This document shows, piece after piece, positions 8,897-18,595 of a DNA stretch of 27,957 nt. The notes beneath the pieces were generated by a model. It saw nothing but the letters and a program-made list of their open reading frames with translations. It was not told the DNA's origin and ran no database searches. Source of the DNA: a bacterium (GTDB lineage: Bacteria; SZUA-182; DTGQ01; JAFGSM01); assembly GCA_049472355.1 (NCBI GenBank), contig JBLIRP010000050.1, positions 1 through 27,957 of the forward strand, given 5' to 3'. Positions within the stretch are counted from its first letter, which is position 1, and each line of letters starts with the position of its first letter. Made by a program: the position numbers and the translations under genes.

Positions 8897-9985
8897 TTAA
8901 TTCTTCTGGCTGGATCGTTCGAGGTCCAGGATCTCTCCCCCTGACGGATAGGACTCCGTTTCTATGGTGTCTATGGAGAGCAGCCTGTGCACGATATCGG
9001 AGATGCGATCAACCGCCTCTTCAACGAGCTTCACGTCCGCCAGGGTATCCTGATCCTCGTTCTTATCCGTCTGGCAGAGCTTCTCTTCGAATATCTTCAA
9101 AAATCCCTTGATACATGAAAGCGGCTGATTGATATTGTGAGCGGCGCCGCCGGCGAGATGCTGGAGGGCCTTCAATTTTTCCATCTGTATCTTTTTCTCT
9201 TCCATCCTCTTATTTTCGGTCACATCACGAATGATCCCTTCGATGGCGATCAGGTTGTTATCCTTGTCATAAATAGGAATCCTCTTGTCATGAAGCCAAA
9301 TCCACCGTTTTCCCTTGGTCCTGAGGCGATATTCGATTTCGGCCCTTCCCCTCTTTTTTTCAACCCCTGCAAGGCCATCGGCAAGCATGCCTTTGTCCGC
9401 TTCATGAATGAGCTTGAGGTAGCCGCGAAGTCCCATGTCCAGTATGTCATTCTGGCTGTATCCGGTGATTTTTTTTACGGCCGGATTGACATAGTCGAAT
9501 TCCCGATCGCAATTTATCCGGTAAATGATATCCTGGGCATTTTCGCTCAGACGACGAAATTTTTCCTCGGAATTGCGCAGACGGTTTTCAAGGGCCCTGA
9601 TCCTGAGTCTCGTCTTGACCCTCAGCACCAACTCCTCGTTGTTGAAGGGCTTTGTTATGTAGTCGTCGGCGCCCGCCATCAGGCCGCTGATCTTATCCTC
9701 CTGACGGTTGTGACAGGTCACCATGATAATCGGGAGATCCTTCCATCGGTCGTTATTACGGATCTGCCGAGCGATGTCCAGTCCGTCCATCTCGCCCAGG
9801 GTAAGGTCGAGCAGGATCAGGTCAACCCGCGGCTCCTTTTCCAGGATGCTGATGACCTCCTTGCCGTCGCCGTTCCAGATGACATCGTATCCGCATCCTT
9901 CCAGGAGGAGATGGATCAAATTCGCAATATCCGGCTCATCCTCAACGAGGAGGATTACTTCCTGTTCCTTTGTTGCCTTGGTCAT
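8897..9985 (-). CDS. Signal-transduction protein: receiver (REC) + PAS/PAC + HisKA-like H-box, no ATPase domain
   Basis: REC motifs LLVEDE, DLILLDL..G.MDG and GADDYITKPF. PAS motifs ENAQDIIY, YVNPA, IHEADK and GIIRDVTE. H-box AAHNINQPL, then a stop about 70 aa later. Confidence 0.88.
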   Translation of the reverse strand: MTKATKEQEVILLVEDEPDIANLIHLLLEGCGYDVIWNGDGKEVISILEKEPRVDLILLDLTLGEMDGLDIARQIRNNDRWKDLPIIMVTCHNRQEDKISGLMAGADDYITKPFNNEELVLRVKTRLRIRALENRLRNSEEKFRRLSENAQDIIYRINCDREFDYVNPAVKKITGYSQNDILDMGLRGYLKLIHEADKGMLADGLAGVEKKRGRAEIEYRLRTKGKRWIWLHDKRIPIYDKDNNLIAIEGIIRDVTENKRMEEKKIQMEKLKALQHLAGGAAHNINQPLSCIKGFLKIFEEKLCQTDKNEDQDTLADVKLVEEAVDRISDIVHRLLSIDTIETESYPSGGEILDLERSSQKN

Positions 9986-10229
9986 CGTTCCCCCTGCCTG
10001 AGATCAAACACACCTGCCACTTCATGCGATCAGGATACCCTCGCCCCCTGTAAGGGACATTGTCCTGAAAAACACCTCGTCCGGCTCGGACATCAAAGGG
10101 TACCCCTTATTATATCGGTGCGCCATCCGAATGAAAAGGCCTCTATTCCGCAGCCAACAAATCTGCTTTCGGCATTGCGCTAACGTGAGCAGGCATGTTT
10201 GGAGCAACTATATATGCTCACCCTCCGGG

Positions 10230-11369
10230 TCATAATGAGGGGAATCGCTCTTGCTCCACCTCCATATCGGGAGGATTCGGCGGCTCCGGCAGAACCTTCA
10301 GGTCCTTGGCTTCCTCGTCGGTATATTGCTGTTGAATCGCTTCTCCAAGTTCCTCAATCAGCCCCGTTCCCACTTCTTCGGCGGAAAACTCATCACCCAA
10401 TTCTCCGCCGAGATCCTTGTCAAAAAGCCCTTCCGTCTCGATGGGAAAGGGCACCTCCGGCAATCCCGGCTGCTCGACCTCCCGAGGGGCTTCAGGTGGC
10501 GCTATCACCGGCTGCGAGGGGGCCCCAGGGGGAACCGCCCCTTCAAGGGCACCTGGCCCTTCCTTCACCCCTTCCGCCTTGTCCTCCGAAGTCTTCTCCG
10601 GAGGAGGCCCTGCTCCCTTTCGCTCCCTGGTTCTCTTCTCGATCTGAATGGCTGCGCCCTGCTCCTCTTCCTGGACCGAGATCATGATCTCCTGCAGGAG
10701 TCCTTCCAGTTCCTCCATGGTCACATCCATAATGTCTTCAGGTGGGGCGCCATCGAAGACCCATACCTGCTGGAAGGCTCCCAGAATGACCCTGTCCGGT
10801 ATCTTCGGGTCAACGTTGCGCACCTCGACGCTTCCGACCGTACAAATGGCCCGGGTCGAGTCCACAGCCTTTCCGGCCCTTTCCGTCCGCTCGTTGATGA
10901 CGAGCTGTTCGGTGCCTACCACCCCGGTCACCGCAGTGGTGGTCTGTATCTCGAATCGCGATGCCGGATTGATGAATTTGCCTATAAAGGCCCTGACCCG
11001 TCCCAGCTTCATGGTGAAGGTGGATTGACTCAGCGCGTCATCGGGCCGGTAGTGCAGTTCCTTTACCACAAGCTCGGTCTGTTCGCCCATGTCGAGGACC
11101 GCCCCGTTGATGAAACCGAGGCTCGCCTTTGACCGCTCACCGGTCGTTATGGTGTCCCTGTGGAACAGGTCGTCATCCTGGCTGGCAACGGCTGGCTTTG
11201 CATCCCAGGAGTGCTGAACATACACGGTGCCCACGAGCCGGTCAATCCTGCCCACGGGCGTTTCAGCCGCCATGGGCATGCCCGGGGCGAAAAGGATGCC
11301 GCACACGGCGAGCACCACCAATGACATCATCCCTACGCGTCCATACCTGCAATCCCTTCGGTTGATCAT
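10230..11369 (-). CDS. Exported FecR-domain protein with acidic Pro/Glu-rich C-terminal tail
   Basis: GGAGGT RBS before ATG 11369; signal peptide. FecR-type motifs D.ITTG..S.A.L.F..G....GE.T.L and F.IQT.TAV.GV.GT. Tail ends LPEPPNPP... Confidence 0.82.
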   Translation of the reverse strand: MINRRDCRYGRVGMMSLVVLAVCGILFAPGMPMAAETPVGRIDRLVGTVYVQHSWDAKPAVASQDDDLFHRDTITTGERSKASLGFINGAVLDMGEQTELVVKELHYRPDDALSQSTFTMKLGRVRAFIGKFINPASRFEIQTTTAVTGVVGTEQLVINERTERAGKAVDSTRAICTVGSVEVRNVDPKIPDRVILGAFQQVWVFDGAPPEDIMDVTMEELEGLLQEIMISVQEEEQGAAIQIEKRTRERKGAGPPPEKTSEDKAEGVKEGPGALEGAVPPGAPSQPVIAPPEAPREVEQPGLPEVPFPIETEGLFDKDLGGELGDEFSAEEVGTGLIEELGEAIQQQYTDEEAKDLKVLPEPPNPPDMEVEQERFPSL

Positions 11370-11388
11370 GGGCACCTCCCCGATAGCA

Positions 11389-14300
11389 TTAAAATCTGCA
11401 CGTCAGCCCGAGGGCATATATGTTTCTGTGATAATCCCTGCTCATCAGGCCGGGGTTTACATCATCGATGTTTGAATCATTATGCCGGTGGGAATATTTC
11501 ACTTCCAGTTCCAGGCCATACCCCCCCTTTTTGCTCAATGCATTCCTGAACAGGGGCTGCGTATGACGGAATTCGTAGACATAGGTATCGTCCTCCCGAT
11601 GGCCGCCGCTGAGATCCGTATGGTACAGCCAATCGTAGCGCTTTGTGCTGTAAGTGAATGAATGCACGTCACGGTGGGCGGACCAGTCACCCTTCGCGGT
11701 TATGAATCCTAAGGGGAGGATAAAGCTCTTCGGGATGGATACACATATCTCATACTGATGGGTGGTCCCGCTGGTCAGTTCATACTTCTGCTCAGGGGTG
11801 AGCCCCTCCTTCTCGCGATCATCCCTGAATACATATTCCACCTGCACGTATCCACGCCGTGCCGGTGAGTAGAACCGGACATTTGCCAGTCCCTTGGCCG
11901 TTTCCTTGTCCTTGGTCCTCTCCTGCACCCGGTTCTGCCATTCATACCCGCCCCCGAGTTCAGCGGTCATCCGGTAGGCGAAGTCATGGGCCCACCTGAA
12001 GCCGATCCCCGGTCCATTCGTATACCGGTCATAGTCGAGGTGACTGGAATGGTATGTGGCAAGCAACGTCGTCCTGGAAGTCCCGCGCATATAGGTCCAG
12101 GTGGCGATGAGCAGTTGTATCTGCAGGTCCCGCTCATCACGGCGGTCATAAAAAAGGGAATCGATCATATACCCCACCGAAAGGGTATTGAACCCCCTCA
12201 GCCCGGGGATATACCACCTGAGTTGCGGGGTATAGCGAATCTGCCCGATAGAGTCATAGCGGCCGGTGGGCTCTTCCTCCGGATAGAGGGTGACATTGTC
12301 GTCATACATGTAGCCGAGGGTTATGCTCTGGCTCAGCCGCTTGCGGCTTTTGAGGAAAAGAAAGCCGGCCGCATATTGCGATTCAAGGGCCAGCCGCGTC
12401 CGCGGCGCCAGGACAAATGCCTTTCTGAGCGCATCCAGGGCCTCATTCGGACGATTCATAAAGACGAGGGTCAACCCCAGGTCCCTGTGGGCATAGGCAT
12501 GCCCCGGATATACGTCGATCACGCCCCTGAATCCCTTTTCCGCCCGCTCATACTCCCCGGCTTGAAATGCCTTCCGGGCGTCGATGTACGTGGTGACATT
12601 CCCGGCGGATTCGGCGCAGAGCACAGCCAGGAGAATACTCACACCGCACAGAAACAGGACCAGGAGAAAGGGACCAAGGCCTCCCTTGCCGGGAAACCCG
12701 AACCGCCTGGTTACCAGGGCGCAGGCCCCGAGTATGACCAGTATAATGGCGGTCACTGCAATGTGCCAATTCTCCTCAAAGAGCCCTATGAAGCATCCCC
12801 CGATGCCCTGTTCCCTTGGCGTGGTTTCGCTGCCGGGCGGTGCAGGGGGTGATTCCGACGAGATGCTGACCGGCCGGAAGCGCTTCTCAATGGACCCGAG
12901 GAACACCTTCGGTTCAAAGCGAAGCACAGCGGGATCTCCGGTGTTCCTGATCCAGTATCCGACCCCGGCCTCCATGACCTCATCCTCATACCGGTAACTG
13001 CTGGGGGAATCGAAGTCAAAGGCATAGAGCTTGGGCACCCCCGGGGCGCCGTTGAATGGATCATTGGGGTCCCCCCCGTAGAGCCGCCCTGTGACATCCC
13101 CGTTATTGGGATCTGCGAGCACCTCCTGCCACGATATATCGAACGGATAGGGAGAGCCGATCAGGTTCCATCCGCTCCGGAGATCATAGGCATACGAGGT
13201 TTGCACCGGTCTTCCCGGGATATCAACGATGATACCCTTGTTTCTCGCTATCAGGAAAAAGGCCTTGCCCGGGACCACGGCGCCGATATCAGGGAATTCA
13301 TCATAGTCATCGATGGAGGAGTCCCACCACCAGAGTCGCCACTGCTGTGGGTCATTTTCGCCCAGATCGTCAAGGAAATTCTCCGGTGCATTCGGATCGG
13401 GATTCGCTGCAACCACCGGATAGGTGACGATCTGGTAATCACTCACCTCGGTCCCTGCATGAAGCTCCTCTCCGGTATATGTCGTTCCCGGTATTGCGGT
13501 TACAAGCGGGGAGGATACACCGAGGTCGCCGGATGAGGTAACCGCAACCAGGACAAAGGAGTACAAGGTCTGATCCCGCAGTCCGGAAATGAGGCAGGAA
13601 TCCCCGCCGGGGGGCACAGGCTCGTATTGACCGCCCGCCAGGTCAATGTCCGGCGAGGTGCCGTAATAGACCCGGTATTCGTCGAGGTCCATGTTTTCAT
13701 CGGGAACCGGGTCCCATCCTGCCGTTACCTCACCTGCCCCCAGGCCCTCCGTGGTGACAACAAAATTCTCCGGAGGGGCGGTGGAGTACCATTCGCTGGT
13801 GTGCCTCGTGATGATGCGGGCCATATATACGGCCTGGTCGGAGATATAGAATTCAACATACTCGCCGTCACCGGGGGTAAACACCTCTGCGCCGCCCAAG
13901 CGGATGAATTTGATCACCGCCCGCCGGGTGGCATCCCAGAACTCCACGTCAGGCGCCTGCAGGGAGCCCACCAGGGGGATTTCGAGGATAAGGGGAGGCG
14001 CATCCGGGTCTTCGGTGGGATTGTATTCCACCGCAGTCCCCTGGTCATTGCGCAGTGCAATGTCTATCACCGTGACATCGGGATCGCGGGGATCAGGGGC
14101 GCAGGTGATGGCAAGGTCGAGCACCGCATCGGGCCCGACGACCTGGCCGGCCGTGCCGGAGGGGACATCGAAGAGAAATGCGGGGTCAATGGAAGCGGCA
14201 TCCATAAAGGCAGTCGCGGACGTTTCCTCTCCGTTCGCATTCAAGACCCCCTCCACGCGAATGACCCCCATGGACATGACCTGCGAACAATCAAGGGTAT

Positions 14301-16698
14301 CAAGCACCTCGCCGACGGTCCGCTTCCCGGCAGGCGAAACCGTAACCCTGCGGGACAACGGCCCCAGCAGGTTCCCGCCTTCCGGGTCGAGCAGCTCTAT
14401 GGTAAAGGCGACCACATACACGTTCGGGTCTCCCTGGCCGTTCGCGGCCCCCTGCTCGACGGTCATATGATGCACCCTCGGGTCAAGGATATACTCCAGG
14501 CGCGTGATCCTCTGAGGATCATTGGGATCTGCCGTGCGCTCCATATCACTCCCGGTAAGGTGATCGCCTCCGGGCATGCGATCAGGATCAGGCCATCCGT
14601 CTCTGTCCGCGTCATCAGCAGGGGCGAAAAGGGCGATTTTCACATCCGCACGGGGTTGCTTCCCATAGCTCCATATCCCCTGCCTTCCGAAGGCATCCCG
14701 ATAGGAGATGGTGAGGCCGATCCTGCCCTCGTCCGCGTCACGCCTGTTCACGGAGAGGGAGGGGGAGCCGGGCTCATGGATGGTCAATTCGACCTGTCCC
14801 GGTGTTTCATTCGTGACAAGCACATCGCTGACCACCCTTCGATACCCCTTCGACTCCGCATATACGCGGCAATTCGCGTCATGGAAGAGAACAAACGTAT
14901 GCTCGAACGAATTCATCCCCACCCAGGTGTCATAGGCAGATACATCCGAGAGGGCGCCGGATCCGGGGGGCTCGTACCCGTTAACCTGCACTGTTTCCTC
15001 TAAAGGCCCCTTGGTGATGCGCTCAATGGTCCGTTCCTCTGCCTTCCCGTCCTTCATGACGAGTTCCTTGAGGGTCAGGGTGACCTCCTCACCCGGGGAG
15101 GACACCAGGACCATTATCGAGCGAAGTCCTTCCCCTTCCGGGATGGAGACGAGGCTGAAGTCCTTGCCCCTGGTTTCCCCCGGAAGGAGGGTCAGGGATA
15201 TCCGTGCCGGCTGATACCGCCATGTATTCGGGTCCTCGTCCACATTCTCGATCCTCGCCTCGTATACCCCCGCCTCCAGGTCAGTGACTGCGTATCGATA
15301 ATACGGGAAGGCGGGATCAAGCACCAGTCCGTTCGGGTCGATGATATGCTGCATGCCTGCTCGAGGAAGCACCCGGGTAAGGGTAAGGCGCACCCCCTGC
15401 AGGAGCGGATTCACCCCCGGCCGGTTCGGGTCCATGACCAGGCCGGTGAGGATCGCACAATCGGTGATCCCGTCACAATTCATATCCTCGTCGCCGCACG
15501 GATCGAAGGCCCCGGGATTTATATCAGGATCTGCGTCATCGCAGTCACCCGGCCTGCGGGCTTGGTATAAGTCCTCAGGTGCGCACAGGCAGCGTGCATG
15601 CTGAATCACCCCGTATCCATCCCCGTCCGCATCCCGATAATACTGGACACATCCGATGATGGACTCTCCATCCACCACCCCATCGCAGTCGTTGTCCTTG
15701 CCGTCGCACACCTCGGGGGCTTCCGGATACACGGTGCCGTCCGTATCGTCGCAATCCCCGCCGATCGAAACATACCCCTCGGGGGGATCAATGGATTGGA
15801 TACCGTCGTTCGGATCCCCGAACCCGTCTTCATCCGCATCCGCATAAAAGGAAACGCATTCCTCGTCCACCTCACCGTCGCAGTCGTTGTCCTTGCCGTC
15901 GCACACCTCGGACGGGCATGAGAAGAGGTGTCCGGGACGGGTGCTCCACCCTCCCACGTCATCGTCCAACCCAACGATATTCAGGGTGGCGGTGCCCAAT
16001 TTCCTGTGGATGGTGAAAGGTACGGTGGCGATGACCCCCGAAACCCCCTTGGTGATGAAGGACTGCCCCTCTTCGGATACACCCTCGGTAAATCCCCCCA
16101 CGCGCAGGTAGCTGTTTCCGGGGGTGTAGGTGATAGCGAAGAATTTGAAATCAGCGGCCAATTCGCCCCTGGTGAAAAGGACTGCAATGGAATCGGGCTT
16201 ATTCGGGTCGGAAACCGGCTTGAGTACATTGGGATCAAAGAGGATGTCGAATCCGAATGCCGTTACGTCTTCGGGGGCGTTGTTAATACCAATGGAAAAG
16301 TGCACCTCCTCACCGGCGGGTCCGGTCTGGTGATCGTCGATGTAGAGGCTGTCCGATAGGGTGTATTCATATGAGAGGGCATCATTGGACCCGTCACCGT
16401 TGATCACATTGAGGGGCACGTGCCCCAATCCAGGGGGCGCCGTACACACGATCCGGCCTCCATCCCTGCCCGTGACCATGGCCTGGTGTCCTCCGAACAG
16501 GACGACCGCATCAGGGGCGAATCCCGCCCCTTCGATGGTAACGCTTGTGCCGCCCCGACTGTTGCCGTAATTGGGTTCGACGCGAACAATGGAGGGCGCG
16601 GCATACACCACCCCCGTTGATGTGATCACCAATGACAGCGCTGTGATGAGCGGTAAAAAGAAACTCGCCCCGGCCCGTTTATACATCCTCTTCCCCAT
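11389..16698 (-). CDS. 1769-aa multidomain protein: signal peptide, IPT/TIG, cohesin-like, Asp/Cys metal-binding repeats, Ig/FN3 domains, internal GGCFI-TM anchor, second hydrophobic segment, TPR, C-terminal outer-membrane beta-barrel
   Basis: AGGAGG RBS. P.I..V.P..G...GGT.VTI.G.GF (IPT); V.AFGFDI.FDP.VL (cohesin-like); EVCDGKDNDCDG.VD repeats; PP.N....W.....Y.VYYG...GL.....YSF..VAV (FN3). PPAPP...GGCFIG followed by two hydrophobic helices. AH.DLG.....EAL.AL.KA..L.P (TPR). Alternating aromatic beta-strands ending LGLTCRF. Confidence 0.85.
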   Translation of the reverse strand: MGKRMYKRAGASFFLPLITALSLVITSTGVVYAAPSIVRVEPNYGNSRGGTSVTIEGAGFAPDAVVLFGGHQAMVTGRDGGRIVCTAPPGLGHVPLNVINGDGSNDALSYEYTLSDSLYIDDHQTGPAGEEVHFSIGINNAPEDVTAFGFDILFDPNVLKPVSDPNKPDSIAVLFTRGELAADFKFFAITYTPGNSYLRVGGFTEGVSEEGQSFITKGVSGVIATVPFTIHRKLGTATLNIVGLDDDVGGWSTRPGHLFSCPSEVCDGKDNDCDGEVDEECVSFYADADEDGFGDPNDGIQSIDPPEGYVSIGGDCDDTDGTVYPEAPEVCDGKDNDCDGVVDGESIIGCVQYYRDADGDGYGVIQHARCLCAPEDLYQARRPGDCDDADPDINPGAFDPCGDEDMNCDGITDCAILTGLVMDPNRPGVNPLLQGVRLTLTRVLPRAGMQHIIDPNGLVLDPAFPYYRYAVTDLEAGVYEARIENVDEDPNTWRYQPARISLTLLPGETRGKDFSLVSIPEGEGLRSIMVLVSSPGEEVTLTLKELVMKDGKAEERTIERITKGPLEETVQVNGYEPPGSGALSDVSAYDTWVGMNSFEHTFVLFHDANCRVYAESKGYRRVVSDVLVTNETPGQVELTIHEPGSPSLSVNRRDADEGRIGLTISYRDAFGRQGIWSYGKQPRADVKIALFAPADDADRDGWPDPDRMPGGDHLTGSDMERTADPNDPQRITRLEYILDPRVHHMTVEQGAANGQGDPNVYVVAFTIELLDPEGGNLLGPLSRRVTVSPAGKRTVGEVLDTLDCSQVMSMGVIRVEGVLNANGEETSATAFMDAASIDPAFLFDVPSGTAGQVVGPDAVLDLAITCAPDPRDPDVTVIDIALRNDQGTAVEYNPTEDPDAPPLILEIPLVGSLQAPDVEFWDATRRAVIKFIRLGGAEVFTPGDGEYVEFYISDQAVYMARIITRHTSEWYSTAPPENFVVTTEGLGAGEVTAGWDPVPDENMDLDEYRVYYGTSPDIDLAGGQYEPVPPGGDSCLISGLRDQTLYSFVLVAVTSSGDLGVSSPLVTAIPGTTYTGEELHAGTEVSDYQIVTYPVVAANPDPNAPENFLDDLGENDPQQWRLWWWDSSIDDYDEFPDIGAVVPGKAFFLIARNKGIIVDIPGRPVQTSYAYDLRSGWNLIGSPYPFDISWQEVLADPNNGDVTGRLYGGDPNDPFNGAPGVPKLYAFDFDSPSSYRYEDEVMEAGVGYWIRNTGDPAVLRFEPKVFLGSIEKRFRPVSISSESPPAPPGSETTPREQGIGGCFIGLFEENWHIAVTAIILVILGACALVTRRFGFPGKGGLGPFLLVLFLCGVSILLAVLCAESAGNVTTYIDARKAFQAGEYERAEKGFRGVIDVYPGHAYAHRDLGLTLVFMNRPNEALDALRKAFVLAPRTRLALESQYAAGFLFLKSRKRLSQSITLGYMYDDNVTLYPEEEPTGRYDSIGQIRYTPQLRWYIPGLRGFNTLSVGYMIDSLFYDRRDERDLQIQLLIATWTYMRGTSRTTLLATYHSSHLDYDRYTNGPGIGFRWAHDFAYRMTAELGGGYEWQNRVQERTKDKETAKGLANVRFYSPARRGYVQVEYVFRDDREKEGLTPEQKYELTSGTTHQYEICVSIPKSFILPLGFITAKGDWSAHRDVHSFTYSTKRYDWLYHTDLSGGHREDDTYVYEFRHTQPLFRNALSKKGGYGLELEVKYSHRHNDSNIDDVNPGLMSRDYHRNIYALGLTCRF

Positions 16699-16850
16699 TA
16701 CTGCCTCCTATGACCGACGGCATCACTCGCCTTTTGAGGAGGATACCCCTATGGTTAAACGTATTATTGGGAAAAATGATTCCATGGTATGCACATGCAC
16801 TTCACAATGGTCCGTAGTCCCGCAAAGAATAGCCATACGTTCAGAGGGAA

Positions 16851-16866
16851 AGCAAAAATCGTTCCA
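16851..16866 (-). promoter_or_regulatory. Putative sigma-54 (-24/-12) promoter
   Basis: Minus strand TGGAACGATTTTTGCT has GG-N10-GC spacing with TTGCT, about 150 bp upstream of the 1769-aa gene. Confidence 0.7.
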
Positions 16867-17064
16867 TAGGAAAAGACTTCGACCTCGTAAGGATGTGACA
16901 TGTAAAAGCCCCCGGTGCCTTGTATAAACGGCTGTGTCGGTGAGCCGGGAATTCGATTTACTTGCTGCCGGCCCCATGCCCTGACATAGGAACTATGACA
17001 AAGGCCATGAAAGTTCACTCTATTGAATACCGGTCGGGAAAAGACCTTTTCGAATATCTCCTTG

Positions 17065-17119
17065 TTTAATGAATTCTCCCCGCAGCAAGCTTCGGGGAAT
17101 TAAACCCGAAGAGATTAAA
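17065..17119. repeat. REP/MITE-like palindromic element
   Basis: TTTAAT...ATTAAA terminal inverted repeats enclose a CCCCGCAGC-AA-GCTTCGGGG hairpin (one mismatch) in an intergenic region. Single copy in the window. Confidence 0.45.
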
Positions 17120-17347
17120 TAAATAAAGCAGTCAATGAACCGGAAAGGGGAGTAAAGGGTCTTCAGCCTTCGTTCGGGATAGCACCACCCTCCAAAAAGG
17201 GGATAATGAAGGATGCATAATCAATAGAATGCTATCACACAACCGGTTGCCGGTCAATCAACCCCTCATGCATAGTAACCGCTCAGTACATTCAATACAT
17301 CGGAGCAATTTTATACTTCACAGAATTTTCAAGATCCCTTGATTTTC

Positions 17348-17376
17348 TTGACTTTAGCACCTGCCTGCCATACAAT
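17348..17376 (+). promoter_or_regulatory. Putative sigma-70 promoter of tatB-tatC-moeA
   Basis: TTGACT-N17-TACAAT. Confidence 0.6.
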
Positions 17377-17500
17377 AGCACCGTCTTGTGAAGATTTGCG
17401 CGCCCATCAGGATGTTCCTCTATCGACGCCACGATTAAAAAAATCAAAGGCGTGGTAAACATTCCTGAATATTCGTCGCCCACGTGAGAGGTTCCCTCAT

Positions 17501-17839
17501 ATGTTTGGAATCGGCATGACCGAACTCATTGTCATCCTCGTGATCGCCCTGCTGGTCATCGGGCCTGACAAGCTCCCCGAGCTTGCCAGGACACTCGGGA
17601 AGGGATTGGCTGAATTTAAAAAAACGGCAGAGGATTTCAGGAATACCATCCATGAGGATCTCAAGGCTGAAGAGGAGAAGTCAAAACTCCTCAAGAAGGT
17701 GGATGAACAGATCAAGCCGAAGGATGGACAACAGGCCGGGGAACGCACCCCATCCGCAGAACCGGACCAGGGACCTGTGGCGGACGAGGCGCCCCCTTCC
17801 CCTTCCGTTCAGCACACTAAACCCGACGAGCATGCCTGA
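17501..17839 (+). CDS. tatB: Twin-arginine translocase subunit TatB (TatA/B family)
   Basis: MFGIGMTELIVILVIALLVIGPDKLPELARTLGK contains the GP..LP..AR TatB-type hinge; directly upstream of tatC. Confidence 0.85.
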   Translation: MFGIGMTELIVILVIALLVIGPDKLPELARTLGKGLAEFKKTAEDFRNTIHEDLKAEEEKSKLLKKVDEQIKPKDGQQAGERTPSAEPDQGPVADEAPPSPSVQHTKPDEHA

Positions 17840-17842
17840 CCG

Positions 17843-18595
17843 ATGAAGCTCAAAAAGGTCGATTTTGATGAAAGGCTCCCCTTCACCTCGCACCTCGGGG
17901 AGATCCGCTACCGCCTCATCAGGATCATTATATTCCTCGCCATACTCTTCGTCATTTGCTTTTACCTGTCCGAGTCGATCCTGGACCTTCTCCGGGCCCC
18001 CATAAAGGATTTCGACCTCATATTCATTTCACCGACCGAGGCCTTCTTTGCCCATCTCAAGCTGGCCTTCTTTACGGCCCTCGCCCTCTGCATCCCTTTC
18101 ATACTCTATCACGTGTGGGAATTCATCTCCCCAGGGCTGAAAATCCTTGAGCGGAAACATACCTTGCCCTTTGTCATCTTCTCCACCCTCTCCTTTGTGT
18201 GCGGGGCGCTTTTCGCGTACTTCCTCATCCTCCCCCTCGGGCTTCGCTTCCTCCTCACCTATAAGACCTCCTCCCTCACCGCCAACATCACCATCGGCTA
18301 CTATATCGGGTTTGTCTCCCGCCTCATCCTGGTATTCGGCATCATCTTCGAACTCCCCCTGATCATCCTCTTTCTCACCAAGATAGGCATTATGAAACCG
18401 GCGATGCTGACCAAAAACCGGAAATATGCCGTCCTGATCATCTTCATCCTCTCCGCCATCCTTACCCCTCCCGATGTGGTCACCCAAATCCTCATGGCGA
18501 TTCCCCTCCTGTTTCTCTACGAGATAAGCGTGGTGGTCTGCCGTGCCACCTACCGGAAAAGGCAGGAAAAACAAGAGAGCGCCGCAGGCACATAA
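17843..18595 (+). CDS. tatC: Twin-arginine translocase subunit TatC
   Basis: HLGEIR.RL, SPTEAF, W.FISPGL...E, FELP and AILTPPD motifs; six hydrophobic helices. Confidence 0.96.
   Translation: MKLKKVDFDERLPFTSHLGEIRYRLIRIIIFLAILFVICFYLSESILDLLRAPIKDFDLIFISPTEAFFAHLKLAFFTALALCIPFILYHVWEFISPGLKILERKHTLPFVIFSTLSFVCGALFAYFLILPLGLRFLLTYKTSSLTANITIGYYIGFVSRLILVFGIIFELPLIILFLTKIGIMKPAMLTKNRKYAVLIIFILSAILTPPDVVTQILMAIPLLFLYEISVVVCRATYRKRQEKQESAAGT

Noticed and set aside
7951..9111. 386-aa Arg-rich ORF and Ala-rich ORFs overlapping the GGLYG gene
   Set aside because: These are alternative frames of the same repeats. Only the 7967 frame has a signal peptide and synonymous variation and stops before the terminator.
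11330..11369. NRRDC in the FecR leader as a Tat signal
   Set aside because: It lacks the S/T-R-R-x-F-L consensus, and proximity to tatBC is not sufficient evidence.
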